The notes under the pieces were generated by a model, which did no database searches, was not told the DNA's origin, and saw only the letters and a list, made by a program, of their open reading frames with translations. This document shows, one piece after another, positions 1 through 10,182 of a stretch of DNA of 64,000 nt. How positions within the stretch are numbered: the first letter of the stretch is position 1; the number at the start of each line of letters is the position of its first letter. The position numbers were made by a program, and so were the translations under genes. Source of the stretch: Longimicrobiales bacterium. GTDB taxonomy: Bacteria; Gemmatimonadota; Gemmatimonadetes; Longimicrobiales; Gaopeijiaceae. Where the stretch lies: NCBI GenBank assembly GCA_963664435.2, contig CAXXKM010000003.1, positions 864,001 to 928,000 of the forward strand. The letters are read 5' to 3'.

Positions 1-1850
1 CGCTCCAGCTCGGACAGGGACAGGCGCACGGCGGTGGGACGCCCGTGCACGTCGTGGTGCGGGAGATCCGTGGCGAAGAGGCGGTCGATCAGCTCCCCCA
101 TCTCCTCCTGCGACAGCTGTCGGCCCGCCTTGATGGCGCCTTTGCAGGCGAAGGTCATGGCGATGCGCTCGTGCTGGTTGCGGGCGGCGCGCACCAGCTC
201 CGATCCGTGGGTCAGCTCGCCGATCATCTCACGCAGGCAGCGCTCGCCGTCGAAATACGGATGCGGGTTGGGAACCGCGTGCACGATGATCGAGTTGCGG
301 CCGAACCCGTCGACCTCGAAGCCCGCGCGGCCGAGCATGCCGAACAGCGGCTCGACGTGCTGATATTCGGCCGTCGCGAGGGTCAGCGTGATCGGGAAGA
401 GCAGCCGTTGGCCGGGCTGCCCGTCCTTGCCGAAGGCTTCCATCAGCTCCTGGAAGAGGATGCGTTCGTGGGCCGAGTGCTGGTCGATCATCATCATCCC
501 CCCGCGCACCTCCGCGAGGATGTAGGTCCGGTGCAGCTGCCAGAGGCGCGCCGGTTCGACGGGGACTTCCTCGGCCGGAGCGACGGGCACGCCCGCATCG
601 GCGCCCGCGGGCTCTCCACTGGCGAAGAGCGCGATCTGCGCCCTGCCGGGATCGGAGGACGAATCGGAGGACGAATCGGAGGACCGGCCCGACGCCCCGG
701 GCGCGTATTTCGCCGACTCGCGCACCCGGTCGGCCGGTGGGCCCTCGCCCCTGGACGGCGCGCGGGACGGGCTCGATTCCGTTGCAGGGTCCCCGGTGCC
801 CGAAGCCGCATTCTCGTTCCCGGCGGTCGCGGACTCCAGCGTGGCGGCGCTCTCCACGCTGGCGAGGGCGCGCCGGATTTCCTGCTCGATGAAGCCCTCC
901 ACCTCGGTCCGGTCGCGGAAGCGCACCTCCAGCTTGGCGGGGTGCACATTCACGTCGACCTGGCCGCCGGGCAGGTCAAGATAGAGGAAGAACCACGGTC
1001 GCACGGTCTCGCGGATGGTGGTGCGGTACGCCCGGCGCACGGCTTCCCTCAGACCCTTGTCCCGGAACGGCCGGCCGCCCACGAAGAGGTAGGTGCGGCG
1101 CGGGCCCGGACGCGCCTGGTCGGGGCGCTGCAGGAGACCGCTCACCTGGCCGATGCCGTCCTCCCCCCCAAACGCAAACATGGAGGCGCGGGCGTCGGTG
1201 CCCCACAGCCGGCCGACCCGCCGGGCGGGTCCGGGGTCGGCGGGCAGGTCGATGAGCGCGCGTCCATCGGAGGTCAGGGTGAACGCGACGCCGGGGTGGG
1301 CCAGCGCCAGCGAGGTGAGCTCGGCGGCCACCATCCGGGTTTCCGCGGCCCCGCTCTTGAGAAAGCTCCGCCGGGCGGGTGCGTTGAAGAAGAGGTTGGC
1401 CGCCTCGATGGTGGTGCCGCGGGCGCGCGCGTGGTCGTCGACGCTGGTAATGGTCCCGCCGGTCGCCCGAATGCGGGTGCCCGCGCCCGACTCGTCGCAG
1501 GTCTCGAGGGCCAGCCGCGAAACGGCCGCGATCGAGGGCAATGCCTCCCCGCGGAAGCCGAAGCTCGCGACCCCGCGCAGCTCCCGGGCGCTCGTGATCT
1601 TGCTGGTGGCGTGGCGCTCGAGGCACATGATCGCATCCTGGCGCCCCATTCCGACCCCGTCGTCGACCACCCGGATGCGCTGCCGCCCGCCCCGCTCCAC
1701 CTCGACCCGGATGTGGGTGGCGCCGGCGTCCAGGGCGTTCTCCACCAGCTCCTTTACGACGGACGCCGGGCGCTCGACCACCTCGCCCGCGGCGATCTGG
1801 TTGGCCACCGAGTCCGGCAGCACCTGGACCGGCCGGGCGGGCGGGGTCAC
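1..1850 (-). CDS. mutL: DNA mismatch repair endonuclease MutL (3' end just off window)
   Basis: Not in the ORF track because there is no stop inside the window. Manual translation from GTG at 1850 gives VQVLPDSVANQIAAGEVVERPASVVKELVENALDAGA, GFRGEAL, then C-terminal DQHSAHERILFQ, QRLLFP (beta-clamp motif), FACKGAIK and DVHGRP. Start overlaps the tatD stop (GTGA). Confidence 0.96.
   Translation of the reverse strand, partial: MTPPARPVQVLPDSVANQIAAGEVVERPASVVKELVENALDAGATHIRVEVERGGRQRIRVVDDGVGMGRQDAIMCLERHATSKITSARELRGVASFGFRGEALPSIAAVSRLALETCDESGAGTRIRATGGTITSVDDHARARGTTIEAANLFFNAPARRSFLKSGAAETRMVAAELTSLALAHPGVAFTLTSDGRALIDLPADPGPARRVGRLWGTDARASMFAFGGEDGIGQVSGLLQRPDQARPGPRRTYLFVGGRPFRDKGLREAVRRAYRTTIRETVRPWFFLYLDLPGGQVDVNVHPAKLEVRFRDRTEVEGFIEQEIRRALASVESAATLESATAGNENAASGTGDPATESSPSRAPSRGEGPPADRVRESAKYAPGASGRSSDSSSDSSSDPGRAQIALFASGEPAGADAGVPVAPAEEVPVEPARLWQLHRTYILAEVRGGMMMIDQHSAHERILFQELMEAFGKDGQPGQRLLFPITLTLATAEYQHVEPLFGMLGRAGFEVDGFGRNSIIVHAVPNPHPYFDGERCLREMIGELTHGSELVRAARNQHERIAMTFACKGAIKAGRQLSQEEMGELIDRLFATDLPHHDVHGRPTAVRLSLSELE
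651..684. repeat. 12-bp tandem repeat (ATCGGAGGACGA x~2.8) in the MutL linker, encoding Ser/Asp repeats
   Basis: Read directly; in-frame unit. Confidence 0.8.
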
Positions 1851-2656
1851 GGCGCGGCCGGTGACGGCTCTGCGGTACCGCCCGCCTCATCCGCTTCAAG
1901 GCCGAAGAAGCGGAAGGCGTTGCGGGCCGTGTAACGCTCCACCTCCTCCGCGCTCTCGCCGCGCACCGCCGCCACCCCGTCCCGCACGCGGGCCACATAG
2001 GCGGGCTCGTTGCGCCGGCCCCGGTGCGGCACCGGAGCCAGATAGGGCGAGTCGGTTTCGATCATGAGACGGTCGCGCGGCACCGCCCGCACTGCTTCCT
2101 GCCCGTCGAAGTTCCTGAAGGTCACGAGCCCCGTGAACGAGATGTGCCACCCCGCGTCGAGCGCTTTCTCGAGCAACCCCATGCCCCCGGTGAAGCAGTG
2201 GAGCACCCCGCGCGCCGCGCCCCTGAACTCCGCGATCACCGCGCGGGTGTCGTCGTCCGCGGAACGGGAGTGCACCACCAGCGGAAGCCCGGTCTCGGCG
2301 GCCAGGCGGGCATGGGCGCGGAACAGCTCGCGCTGCCGGTCGCGCGGACCGAAGTCGTAGTGGTAGTCGAGGCCCGTCTCGCCGACGGCGATCAGGCGCG
2401 GCTCAGCGTCCAGCAGGTGGCGCACTCGCTGCACGTCGTCCGCCCCGGCCCGGCCAGCCTCGTGGGGGTGCACGCCGGCCGTGCCCCACACGCCCCGGTG
2501 AGCCCGGGTGAGCGCCGCCACCCGTTCGGCGTCCGCGGCCGACGACGCGATCGAGATCAGCGCCCCCACGCCGGCGGCGTGCGCCCGCTCGATGGTCTCG
2601 GACCGGTCTGCGTCGAAGCGCCGGTCGGTCAGGTGGCAGTGGGATTCGAACAGCAT
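1847..2656 (-). CDS. tatD: TatD family hydrolase
   Basis: ESHCHL, GVHPH, AVGETGLDY, VVHSR, VLHCF and IETDSPYL motifs. Confidence 0.95.
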   Translation of the reverse strand: MLFESHCHLTDRRFDADRSETIERAHAAGVGALISIASSAADAERVAALTRAHRGVWGTAGVHPHEAGRAGADDVQRVRHLLDAEPRLIAVGETGLDYHYDFGPRDRQRELFRAHARLAAETGLPLVVHSRSADDDTRAVIAEFRGAARGVLHCFTGGMGLLEKALDAGWHISFTGLVTFRNFDGQEAVRAVPRDRLMIETDSPYLAPVPHRGRRNEPAYVARVRDGVAAVRGESAEEVERYTARNAFRFFGLEADEAGGTAEPSPAAP

Positions 2657-2754
2657 GGCGGTGGTGGACCCGGCGGACCCGGCAACGGCTCAGGCACGGC
2701 GGGGAACCCGGGATCTCGCGGCCGGCAACATCAGAACGGTCCGGCCAGGCAACG

Positions 2755-3795
2755 TCAGGTGGAAACGCCCGCGGTTCGCCGCCTCTTCCTGCCCTTCTTC
2801 TTCCTCTTTCTCGGCCGGCCCGACGGCGCGGTCCTGGGCGCGGGACGCCCCGGGACTCCGCGCTGCGCTTCAACCAGGTCCCTGGAACCCCAGCGCCTCT
2901 GGATCTCCAGCAGCGCCGGCGAAGCGACGAAGATGGAGGAGTAGGTCCCCACCAGGACCCCGAGGATCAACACGGCGGTGAAGTCGCGGATCACCGCGCC
3001 CCCGAAGATGAGGAGGGCAAGCAGCACGCCGAGCGTCGTCCCGGATGTGAGCACCGTCCTCGGCAGCGTCTCGTTGATCGACCGGTTGACGAGCGCCACC
3101 GGGTTCTCCCGGCGGCCGCCCTTTGCGTTCAGGTTCTCGCGCACCCGGTCGAACACGACGATGGTGTCGTTCAGCGAATACCCGATGATGGTCAGGATGG
3201 CCGCCACCGTCGGAAGCGCGATCTCGACCCGGAAAAGAGCCAGGAAGCCGAGCGTGATGATGCTGTCGTGGACGGTCGCGATGACGGCCGCCACGCCGAA
3301 GCGGAACTCGAAGCGTATGGCCAGATAGATGAGGGTCAGCGCGAAGGAAAAGATGATCGCGAGCGCCGCCTTCTGCTGCAGCTCCGCGCCGATCTTGGGC
3401 CCCACCAGCTCGGTGCGCATCACCTCGAAGTCACGGCCCGGGAAGGCGCCCTGGATCTGCCCCCGTATCTCCTGCGCGACCGCCTCAACCTCCCGGTCCT
3501 CGGCCAGCGGCGCGCGGATTACGAACTCGTTTCCTTCGTTGCCCATGCTGGTGATGGGAGGGGCCTCGGCGCCGCCCAGCGCGGTTCGCAGCTCCGCCGC
3601 CTCCATCGACTCCTCGAAGCGCACCTGCACCAGCGACCCGCCGGTGAAGTCCACGCCGTAGTTCTGCCAGCTGCCGATGTCCACGATGTTGAACACCATC
3701 GACACCAGCGCGACGGCGAGCACCACGGCCGAGAAGACGTAGGCCTTCCTGCGCGCTTCGATGAAGCGATATCGCGCGTTTCCGAAGAGTCTCAT
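2755..3795 (-). CDS. secF: Protein translocase subunit SecF
   Basis: GVDFTGG, VGPKIG and GYSLNDTIVVFDRVREN motifs. Confidence 0.97.
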   Translation of the reverse strand: MRLFGNARYRFIEARRKAYVFSAVVLAVALVSMVFNIVDIGSWQNYGVDFTGGSLVQVRFEESMEAAELRTALGGAEAPPITSMGNEGNEFVIRAPLAEDREVEAVAQEIRGQIQGAFPGRDFEVMRTELVGPKIGAELQQKAALAIIFSFALTLIYLAIRFEFRFGVAAVIATVHDSIITLGFLALFRVEIALPTVAAILTIIGYSLNDTIVVFDRVRENLNAKGGRRENPVALVNRSINETLPRTVLTSGTTLGVLLALLIFGGAVIRDFTAVLILGVLVGTYSSIFVASPALLEIQRRWGSRDLVEAQRGVPGRPAPRTAPSGRPRKRKKKGRKRRRTAGVST

Positions 3796-3815
3796 GATTC
3801 AGATGGTCTCGCGAT

Positions 3816-5501
3816 TCAGATGCTTATGGGGTCCGTGGCCCTCTTCCGGGACAGGTACATGAAGAAGAAGCTGCGCGTCACGTAGAGCGCAGTGAAAAAC
3901 GAAGCCAGGATCCCGATCGAGAGGGTGACGGCGAAGCCGCGCACGGGCCCGGTGCCGAACTGGAAGAGGATCAGCGCCGTGATCAGGGTCGTGAGGTTGG
4001 CGTCGACGATCGCCGACAGGGCGTTCCCGAAGCCGTCCTCCACGGCGGTGCGCACGGCTCTGCCGGCATCCAGCTCCTCCCGGATGCGCTCGAAGATGAG
4101 CACGTTGGCATCCACCGCCATGCCGACCGAGAGAATGAGCCCCGCGATGCCCGGAACGGTCAGCGTCGCCCCGAACATGGCCAGCCCGCCCAGCACCAGC
4201 ATCACGTACACGCCCAGCGCGAACACCGAGAGGACGCCCGCGACGCGGTAGTAGGCGCACATGATCAGGATCACCAGCACGACGCCGATCATCCCGGCTA
4301 CGCGGCCCTGGTCCACTGAGTCCTGCCCCAGCGACGGACCGACGGTGCGCTCCTCCATGATGCTCAGCGGGGCGGGCAGGGCGCCGGCACGCAGCACCAG
4401 CGCCAGGTCGCTCGCCTCCTGCAGGGTCGACCCGGCGAGATCGATCTGGCCGCGGGCGCCGATGCGGTCGCGGATGACGGGCGCGCTCACCACCTCCCCG
4501 TCGAGCACGATCGCGAGGAATTCGCCGACGTTCTGCCCGGTCACCTCGGCGAAACGGCGGCCGCCCCGGCGGGACAGCTCGAACTGCACCTGGGGGGTGT
4601 TGAACTGGGGATCGCGCGCGGAAACCGCGTTCTCAAGCATCTGTCCGGTGATGAAGGCGTCCTCCTGCAGGACATACAGCTGGCGATAGATCCTGCCGGT
4701 GAGGGCGATGGGATCCATGCCCCACTGAAGAGCGATGTCGCGCGGCATGGCGCGCTGGACCTCCGGAATGCTCAGGAACAGCTCCGCGGCCTCAACATCC
4801 TCCTCGGCCACCAGGTAAATGCCGTCATCGCTCCCCTGGTTCAGGAGCGCGGTGAAGGGGCTCAGGACGGCTGAGTCGTCCTCCTCGGCTTCCGCCTCGG
4901 AAGCTTCCTCCCCGGCGACCTGCTCGACCTCGGCGTCCACAGCGGCGTCCGCTTCCGCCTCGGCCCCACCCTCCGCGGCTGCCGCGGAATCCCCTTCCTC
5001 CGATGCGTCGGCACCGAAGAGCAGTTCTTCGATCGAGGATGTGGGAGCCTGCACGTCGCGCCCCAGGCTGCTCAGCGAATCGGCCCCCAGCGTCGCGACG
5101 ATGACCCGGTCGAGGCGCGGCAGATCCGGGGCGAAATCGACCCACGAGCGCACCAGCTTGAACTCGAGGAAGGCGGCGCGCCGGATGACGTCCTTGGCCT
5201 GATTCTCGTCGCTGATGCCCGCGAGTTCCACGATGATGCGGTCGTTGCCCACCTTCTGGATGAGCGGTTCTTCGACCCCCAGCTCATCGATGCGGGTGCG
5301 CAGGACCGTCTCGGCGCGGTCGATGGCGTCGGCGCGCGCTTCTTCGGTGAGCGTGCCGTCCGGGTCGTCGATCTCTACCACCAGGTGCATGCCACCCTGC
5401 AGATCGAGACCCAGTTTCAGGCCGTTGGCGTAGATGTAGTAGCCGCAGATCCCGAGGATCACGGCGATGAAGATGATCCGGCCACGAAGAGACTTCAGCA
5501 T
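3816..5501 (-). CDS. secD: Protein translocase subunit SecD
   Basis: LGLDLQGG, LRAGALPAP, VGPSLG and GMAVDANVLIFERIREE motifs. Confidence 0.97.
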   Translation of the reverse strand: MLKSLRGRIIFIAVILGICGYYIYANGLKLGLDLQGGMHLVVEIDDPDGTLTEEARADAIDRAETVLRTRIDELGVEEPLIQKVGNDRIIVELAGISDENQAKDVIRRAAFLEFKLVRSWVDFAPDLPRLDRVIVATLGADSLSSLGRDVQAPTSSIEELLFGADASEEGDSAAAAEGGAEAEADAAVDAEVEQVAGEEASEAEAEEDDSAVLSPFTALLNQGSDDGIYLVAEEDVEAAELFLSIPEVQRAMPRDIALQWGMDPIALTGRIYRQLYVLQEDAFITGQMLENAVSARDPQFNTPQVQFELSRRGGRRFAEVTGQNVGEFLAIVLDGEVVSAPVIRDRIGARGQIDLAGSTLQEASDLALVLRAGALPAPLSIMEERTVGPSLGQDSVDQGRVAGMIGVVLVILIMCAYYRVAGVLSVFALGVYVMLVLGGLAMFGATLTVPGIAGLILSVGMAVDANVLIFERIREELDAGRAVRTAVEDGFGNALSAIVDANLTTLITALILFQFGTGPVRGFAVTLSIGILASFFTALYVTRSFFFMYLSRKRATDPISI

Positions 5502-5735
5502 GGTGCCACCGCTGGCTCCGGGAGGGTTTCGCGGGTGTGTCCCGGCTCGCGTACCGCCCGGAGGGACCTCCTCTGAACCCTCGAGCCTCCTTCCCGCGAG
5601 CGGGATGGGTAGCTATGTAAGCTCGCCAAGCGCCCAACCGGTGTCAATCTGACGCGAAGCGGCGCGACACGGGGCGCGAGGCCCCCTTCGGATTCCGATG
5701 AACCGGCACAAGTACGGGATGACGGATCCGGAGGG

Positions 5736-5803
5736 ACCGGCAGCCCCGCGACGCAACGCCACGGGACCGCCGGCCGGCCTGTCCGGTCTACGGGGCAGCC
5801 GGT
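5736..5803. other. Long imperfect stem-loop just downstream of susD (possible 3' UTR or terminator structure)
   Basis: ACCGGCAGCCCCG (5736-5748) pairs with CGGGGCAGCCGGT (5791-5803) with one mismatch; no U-tract. Confidence 0.35.
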
Positions 5804-5818
5804 GTAGAGGTTTCCACC

Positions 5819-7069
5819 TCAGGTGATGTTTGGGTTCCCGTTCCGTTCGGTGTCGGGCAGCGGGAAGCACTCCATTCCGCCGTAGGCGTCGCCCACGTAG
5901 GGGTGCGATCCGCTGGTGAAGCGGGTGATGGCCCCCAGACGGCGCAGCACACCCATGCGGTGGCCTTCAACGAACAGCTCACGCCGGCGCTGCTCCTGCA
6001 CCTGCTCCTGGATCTCCTGCGCGTTGCTGCTCGCAAAGTTGCCGGGCAGCCCTGCCGCTTCGAGCAGTTCGTTGATGATCCCGACCGCGGTCGCGCCCCC
6101 CTCCACCTCGGCGATGATCAGACGCGCCTCGGTGTAGCTGGCGAGCCGGATGGCCGCGTCGCGGCTGGTATACTTCTGCTGGAGCCACATCGGCGTGAGC
6201 CCGTCCTGCCCCAGAATCTCCGCATCCATAACGTTCACTCTTGGATCGGGCATACCCGCCCACTCCAGATCCCAGAAGGCGGGATCCACCGAGACGGCCT
6301 GCTCGACGTGGTTGCGGTTGAAGACCTTGTTCTCCCGCACGTCGGCAGCGGTGGAGCGGGTCACCAGGAATTCGAATCCCTCGGGGACCGCGCGCGCGTC
6401 GGCAAGCGCCCCCGCGGTCTGTCCCAGGTTCATCTGTGCCCGGGCCCGGCCGACGTACGCCGCGTTGCGGATCTCGGCGTCGGGAGACTCGAGGGCCATG
6501 CTGAAGCGCTCCCTGGCCAGTTCGAAGACTTCAGCCGGCTGCAGTTCGGGCCCCAGGTCGAAGGCCGCGCTGCACCATCCTTCCCCGAACGTCGTATAGC
6601 TGTAGCCTGCGTAGAGCGCGTTCCGGGCCAGGAGCGACGATCGGTTGGGAACGTCGCCGTCGGAGAATCCGCTGATGCGGACGATGGCGTCATCGGCGAT
6701 GAAGCGCGCCTGGGCGAGCGGCGTATGCAGTGAAGTCGAGCTTCCGCACCCGGAGGTGGCGAACGACGCGTCCAGTGGCCTCACGTCCCTGCGCTGATAA
6801 GGGACCTGGCCCAGAAAAGTCTGTGAACCCATGAACTCGCCCGAGACCAGTCCGGAGAGCAGGGCGTACTGCGTGTAGGCGCACTCGAAGGCTCCCTGTG
6901 CGCTGACTGTGAGCAATGGAGCGGCCGAGGGATCGTCGAGCGCGTCCGCGGGCGTCTCTCCGGGGAGCGTCACCGACAGATCGCAGGCGCCCAGGATGAG
7001 CATCGGCGCGAACAGAAGAAACGAGAATCGTCCCTTCATCTTCTTTCGATTATCAAATATGCCTGACAT
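5819..7069 (-). CDS. RagB/SusD family outer-membrane lipoprotein
   Basis: Lipobox LGAC, EARLIIAE, QRRRELFVEGHR and C-terminal FPLPDTE..GNPN; directly downstream of a SusC-type gene. Confidence 0.9.
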   Translation of the reverse strand: MSGIFDNRKKMKGRFSFLLFAPMLILGACDLSVTLPGETPADALDDPSAAPLLTVSAQGAFECAYTQYALLSGLVSGEFMGSQTFLGQVPYQRRDVRPLDASFATSGCGSSTSLHTPLAQARFIADDAIVRISGFSDGDVPNRSSLLARNALYAGYSYTTFGEGWCSAAFDLGPELQPAEVFELARERFSMALESPDAEIRNAAYVGRARAQMNLGQTAGALADARAVPEGFEFLVTRSTAADVRENKVFNRNHVEQAVSVDPAFWDLEWAGMPDPRVNVMDAEILGQDGLTPMWLQQKYTSRDAAIRLASYTEARLIIAEVEGGATAVGIINELLEAAGLPGNFASSNAQEIQEQVQEQRRRELFVEGHRMGVLRRLGAITRFTSGSHPYVGDAYGGMECFPLPDTERNGNPNIT

Positions 7070-7122
7070 CTATTCCTCCCTTGTTTCCGAATTGAGCGTT
7101 GAGTTTCGCACGAGCGCAGGCA

Positions 7123-10100
7123 TCAGAACCTGACCCTGAAGGACAGGAGAAAGCTGTGCGGGAGCGGTGCCTGGGTCTGCTGCCAGCCCCAGGGATTGTC
7201 CCGCGTGCGACGCGTCTCGGGGTCGAGCCCCGGTTGGCTGAAGCTCTCGTGGACCCACGGGGTCCAGATGTTTCGCCCGCTCAGGGTGATCGCGGCCCGG
7301 GAAACGCCGTACCCTTCGACGAAGTCGCCGGGAAGCTCGTAGGTAAGGGAGATTTCGCGCAGGCGGAGGTGATCGTCCCGCTCCATCCAGGGGTGCTCGA
7401 TGTCGAACGTCTGGATTTCCGCGGCCTGGATCGGGTCCAGGGTACCCATGAGGTAGAGCTGCGCGCGCTCGGTGTTGCGGGTGTTACGGTCGCGCTGCCA
7501 GGTGGTCGTGCTGAAGCGCCGGCTCTCCCACGTGTAGTTCCAGAGCGCGTTCAGCGTGAGTCCGAGGTTGGGAAGCGCGAGGGACTGGGTGAACGATCCC
7601 TGCCAGACGGGTCCGGGCGGGCCGAGGTAGTGGAAGGGGGCGTCGGAGCATGGCGTGGGCGTGCGGGAGGGTTCCGGCCCCTCGCACATGACATCGATCA
7701 GCCGCGTTGGATTGTTGGGGTCCCAGCGGGCCGAAGCGATGTACTTGCTCCAGTATCCGCCGAGGGGATAGCCGACGCGGTGCTGGAAGCGGCCCCGGGT
7801 GTCGGCCTGGATGCGCTCCCGGCCCTCGCCGAGAGAAACCAGCAGGTTGTCGTTGTAGGCCGCGGTGGCGCCCAGGTCGAAGCTCATGCTCGGCGTACGG
7901 ATGACCTGGGAGTTCAGGGTGAGCTCGATCCCCTTGTTTTTGACCTCCCCGACGTTGATGAAGCGGGAGCCGGGAAAACCGAGCGAGGGCGCGACCAGAT
8001 CGGCCAGGATGGCGTCGCGGGTGGTCTGGTTGTAGTAGGTGAACTCGATGCCCAGGCGGTCGGAGAAGAGACCCGCGTCGAAGCCGAGTTCGAGTTCGGT
8101 TCCGACCTCGGGCTTGAGGTCGGGATTGCCCAGGTTGCCGGGCAGGAGGGCGGGCTCGTCGCCCGGACCGGTGGTCGGCGAATAGGTGCGCACCGCCGCG
8201 AAGGCGTCCGGCTGCAGCCCCGACTTCCCCCACGCCGCCCGCACGCGGAAGCTCTCGGCGAAGCCGACGTTCCAGAAATCCGTGTCGCTCAGCACCCACG
8301 AGGTGCTCAGCTTGGGATAGTAGACCGCGTTGAATGTCTCCCCGAAGGCGCTGTGGGCATCGCCGCGGAGCGCAGCGGTCACGTACAGCTGGTCGCGCCA
8401 GCCGATCGTCTCCTGGATGAAGAACCCCGCGCTCTTGGTCTCGACGAAGTCCTCGTCGCCCCGTGTCCGCGCCGCCGCGCCCACTGTGGAGACAGCGGAG
8501 TTGGGGAGCTCGTCCCCGCGCGACAGGAGCGTGAGGCTCTCCTTGGTGAAGTACTGGGCCCCGAAGGACGTGGCCGACGTGATCTCCGGAGTGAGATCGA
8601 AGCTGGCCGTGACATTGTAGTCGAATGTGGACTGGAGTCCGCGGTCGTATATGACGTCCTTGCGTCCCTGGCTGAGCCCGGCGTAGGCGAGGAATCCCCC
8701 CGATGGTACGCGGGGCCAGAAGCGTGAGACCTTGGCATCGGTGAAGTCCAGACCCGCAACCAGCCTGTGGGTGAGCCAGTTGAACGGGCGGTGGGTCGCG
8801 GTGATGGACGCCGTACCCCGGTTCAACTCCTCGGCGAAGTCGATGTCGTTCTGGGCTTCGGGAGGACCGACCATGAAGCCGCGCGAGCCGGTTTCGCGTG
8901 ACGCCGGGGTGCCCCACAGGAACATGGCGAACATGCCGTAGATGCCGCCCTGGCCGTCCGGAGCGAACCTCCCGTCGCTGCTGATGACCCCCAGATCCGC
9001 GGAGAGGTCGAAGCTCTCGGAGACCGCAAGCCCCAGGTTGGTGCGCACCGAAGTCTTCTCGATCTGGTTGTTGAGCATGTAGCCCTGCTCATTGTCGTGG
9101 CCCACCGACAGGAAGTAGGTGAGGTCGTTGGTGCCGCCCGACACGCTCAAGTCGTAGTTCTGGAGGTGGCCGGTTCGAAACATCTTCCGGCCGGCGGCGA
9201 CTTCCTCGGCGTACAGGTCCTGGCTGATGATCTGCCCGCCGACCAGGCCGTAGTTGGTGGGAATGCGCCCGTCCGGGTTGTTGAACCAGTTTCCGCCCTG
9301 ACGGACGGTCAGGTTGACTACGGGCCGGCCGGTCTGGCCCTTGCGGGTGATGATCTGGATGACGCCGTTGGACGCCTCGGTCCCGTACAGAGTCGCGGCG
9401 GCGGGCCCCTTGATGACCTCGATGCGCTCGATCTCCTCGGGATTGATGTCGTTCAGGCGCGAGGTGCCCGCACCGCTCGACGGCCCGGCCCGGTTGTCGG
9501 CGTTGATGCGGACCCCGTCGACGTAGACCAGCGGCCCGGTGTTTGCCTGCCTCGTGCTCGATCCCTGCGTGAGCGTGCCGATGCCGCGGATGAGGACGTT
9601 GCCGCCGGTGCCGACGTTGCCCCCTCCGATCTGCACGCGGACCCCGGCCACCTGTCCGGCCAGGAGCTGCTGGAGGCTGGCGGGCGCGATCTCCTCGATC
9701 TGCGCGGAGACCTCGAGGGTGCCCACGACGTTCGCGACCGCCCGGCGCTGCTGGCCCCCGGCGGTGCCGGTGACGATGATCTCGTCGAGGCCGAGCGCTT
9801 CGGACGAGAGGGTGAAGTCCTGCAACACGGTCTCACCCGCGGTCACGCTGACCTGCGTGCTCACGGTGCTCATGCCGATGCGCTCGGCGCGCATCTCGTA
9901 GGTGCCCGCCGGGACGTTCACGAGCAGGTAGCGGCCGTCCTGGCGGGTGAGGGTGCCGAGACCGGCGCCCGCCAGGTAGACCTGCACCTCGCCGAGCGGT
10001 GTGCCCGCGGTGGCGTCGGTGACCTGGCCGGTGATGTTGCCCGTTTCCTGGGCGGCTGCGGGGACTGCCGCGACGAAAGCTGCGGCAGCAAGAAGAAGGG

Positions 10101-10182
10101 TGAAGGTGAGGAGGTCTGCGGAGCGGCGTCGCCGCGCGCGCGAAGTCAGGGTGTTCGTGCCAGTGGACCATCGTTTCGTCAT
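7123..10182 (-). CDS. SusC/RagA family TonB-dependent outer-membrane transporter
   Basis: Signal peptide, carboxypeptidase-like N domain, plug motif RLNDINPEEIERIEVIKGPAAATLYGTEASNGVIQI, GNPDLKPE, terminal F. Start placed at ATG 10182 after GGGGGA. Confidence 0.93.
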   Translation of the reverse strand: MTKRWSTGTNTLTSRARRRRSADLLTFTLLLAAAAFVAAVPAAAQETGNITGQVTDATAGTPLGEVQVYLAGAGLGTLTRQDGRYLLVNVPAGTYEMRAERIGMSTVSTQVSVTAGETVLQDFTLSSEALGLDEIIVTGTAGGQQRRAVANVVGTLEVSAQIEEIAPASLQQLLAGQVAGVRVQIGGGNVGTGGNVLIRGIGTLTQGSSTRQANTGPLVYVDGVRINADNRAGPSSGAGTSRLNDINPEEIERIEVIKGPAAATLYGTEASNGVIQIITRKGQTGRPVVNLTVRQGGNWFNNPDGRIPTNYGLVGGQIISQDLYAEEVAAGRKMFRTGHLQNYDLSVSGGTNDLTYFLSVGHDNEQGYMLNNQIEKTSVRTNLGLAVSESFDLSADLGVISSDGRFAPDGQGGIYGMFAMFLWGTPASRETGSRGFMVGPPEAQNDIDFAEELNRGTASITATHRPFNWLTHRLVAGLDFTDAKVSRFWPRVPSGGFLAYAGLSQGRKDVIYDRGLQSTFDYNVTASFDLTPEITSATSFGAQYFTKESLTLLSRGDELPNSAVSTVGAAARTRGDEDFVETKSAGFFIQETIGWRDQLYVTAALRGDAHSAFGETFNAVYYPKLSTSWVLSDTDFWNVGFAESFRVRAAWGKSGLQPDAFAAVRTYSPTTGPGDEPALLPGNLGNPDLKPEVGTELELGFDAGLFSDRLGIEFTYYNQTTRDAILADLVAPSLGFPGSRFINVGEVKNKGIELTLNSQVIRTPSMSFDLGATAAYNDNLLVSLGEGRERIQADTRGRFQHRVGYPLGGYWSKYIASARWDPNNPTRLIDVMCEGPEPSRTPTPCSDAPFHYLGPPGPVWQGSFTQSLALPNLGLTLNALWNYTWESRRFSTTTWQRDRNTRNTERAQLYLMGTLDPIQAAEIQTFDIEHPWMERDDHLRLREISLTYELPGDFVEGYGVSRAAITLSGRNIWTPWVHESFSQPGLDPETRRTRDNPWGWQQTQAPLPHSFLLSFRVRF

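Noticed and set aside
45..1934. 629-aa plus-strand ORF, and many other long Arg/Gly/Pro-rich ORFs in the track
   Set aside because: Antisense or off-frame shadows of real genes (here mutL), expected at high GC; no recognisable motifs
5615..5647. TTGACA on the minus strand upstream of secD
   Set aside because: No convincing -10 hexamer at 16-18 bp spacing
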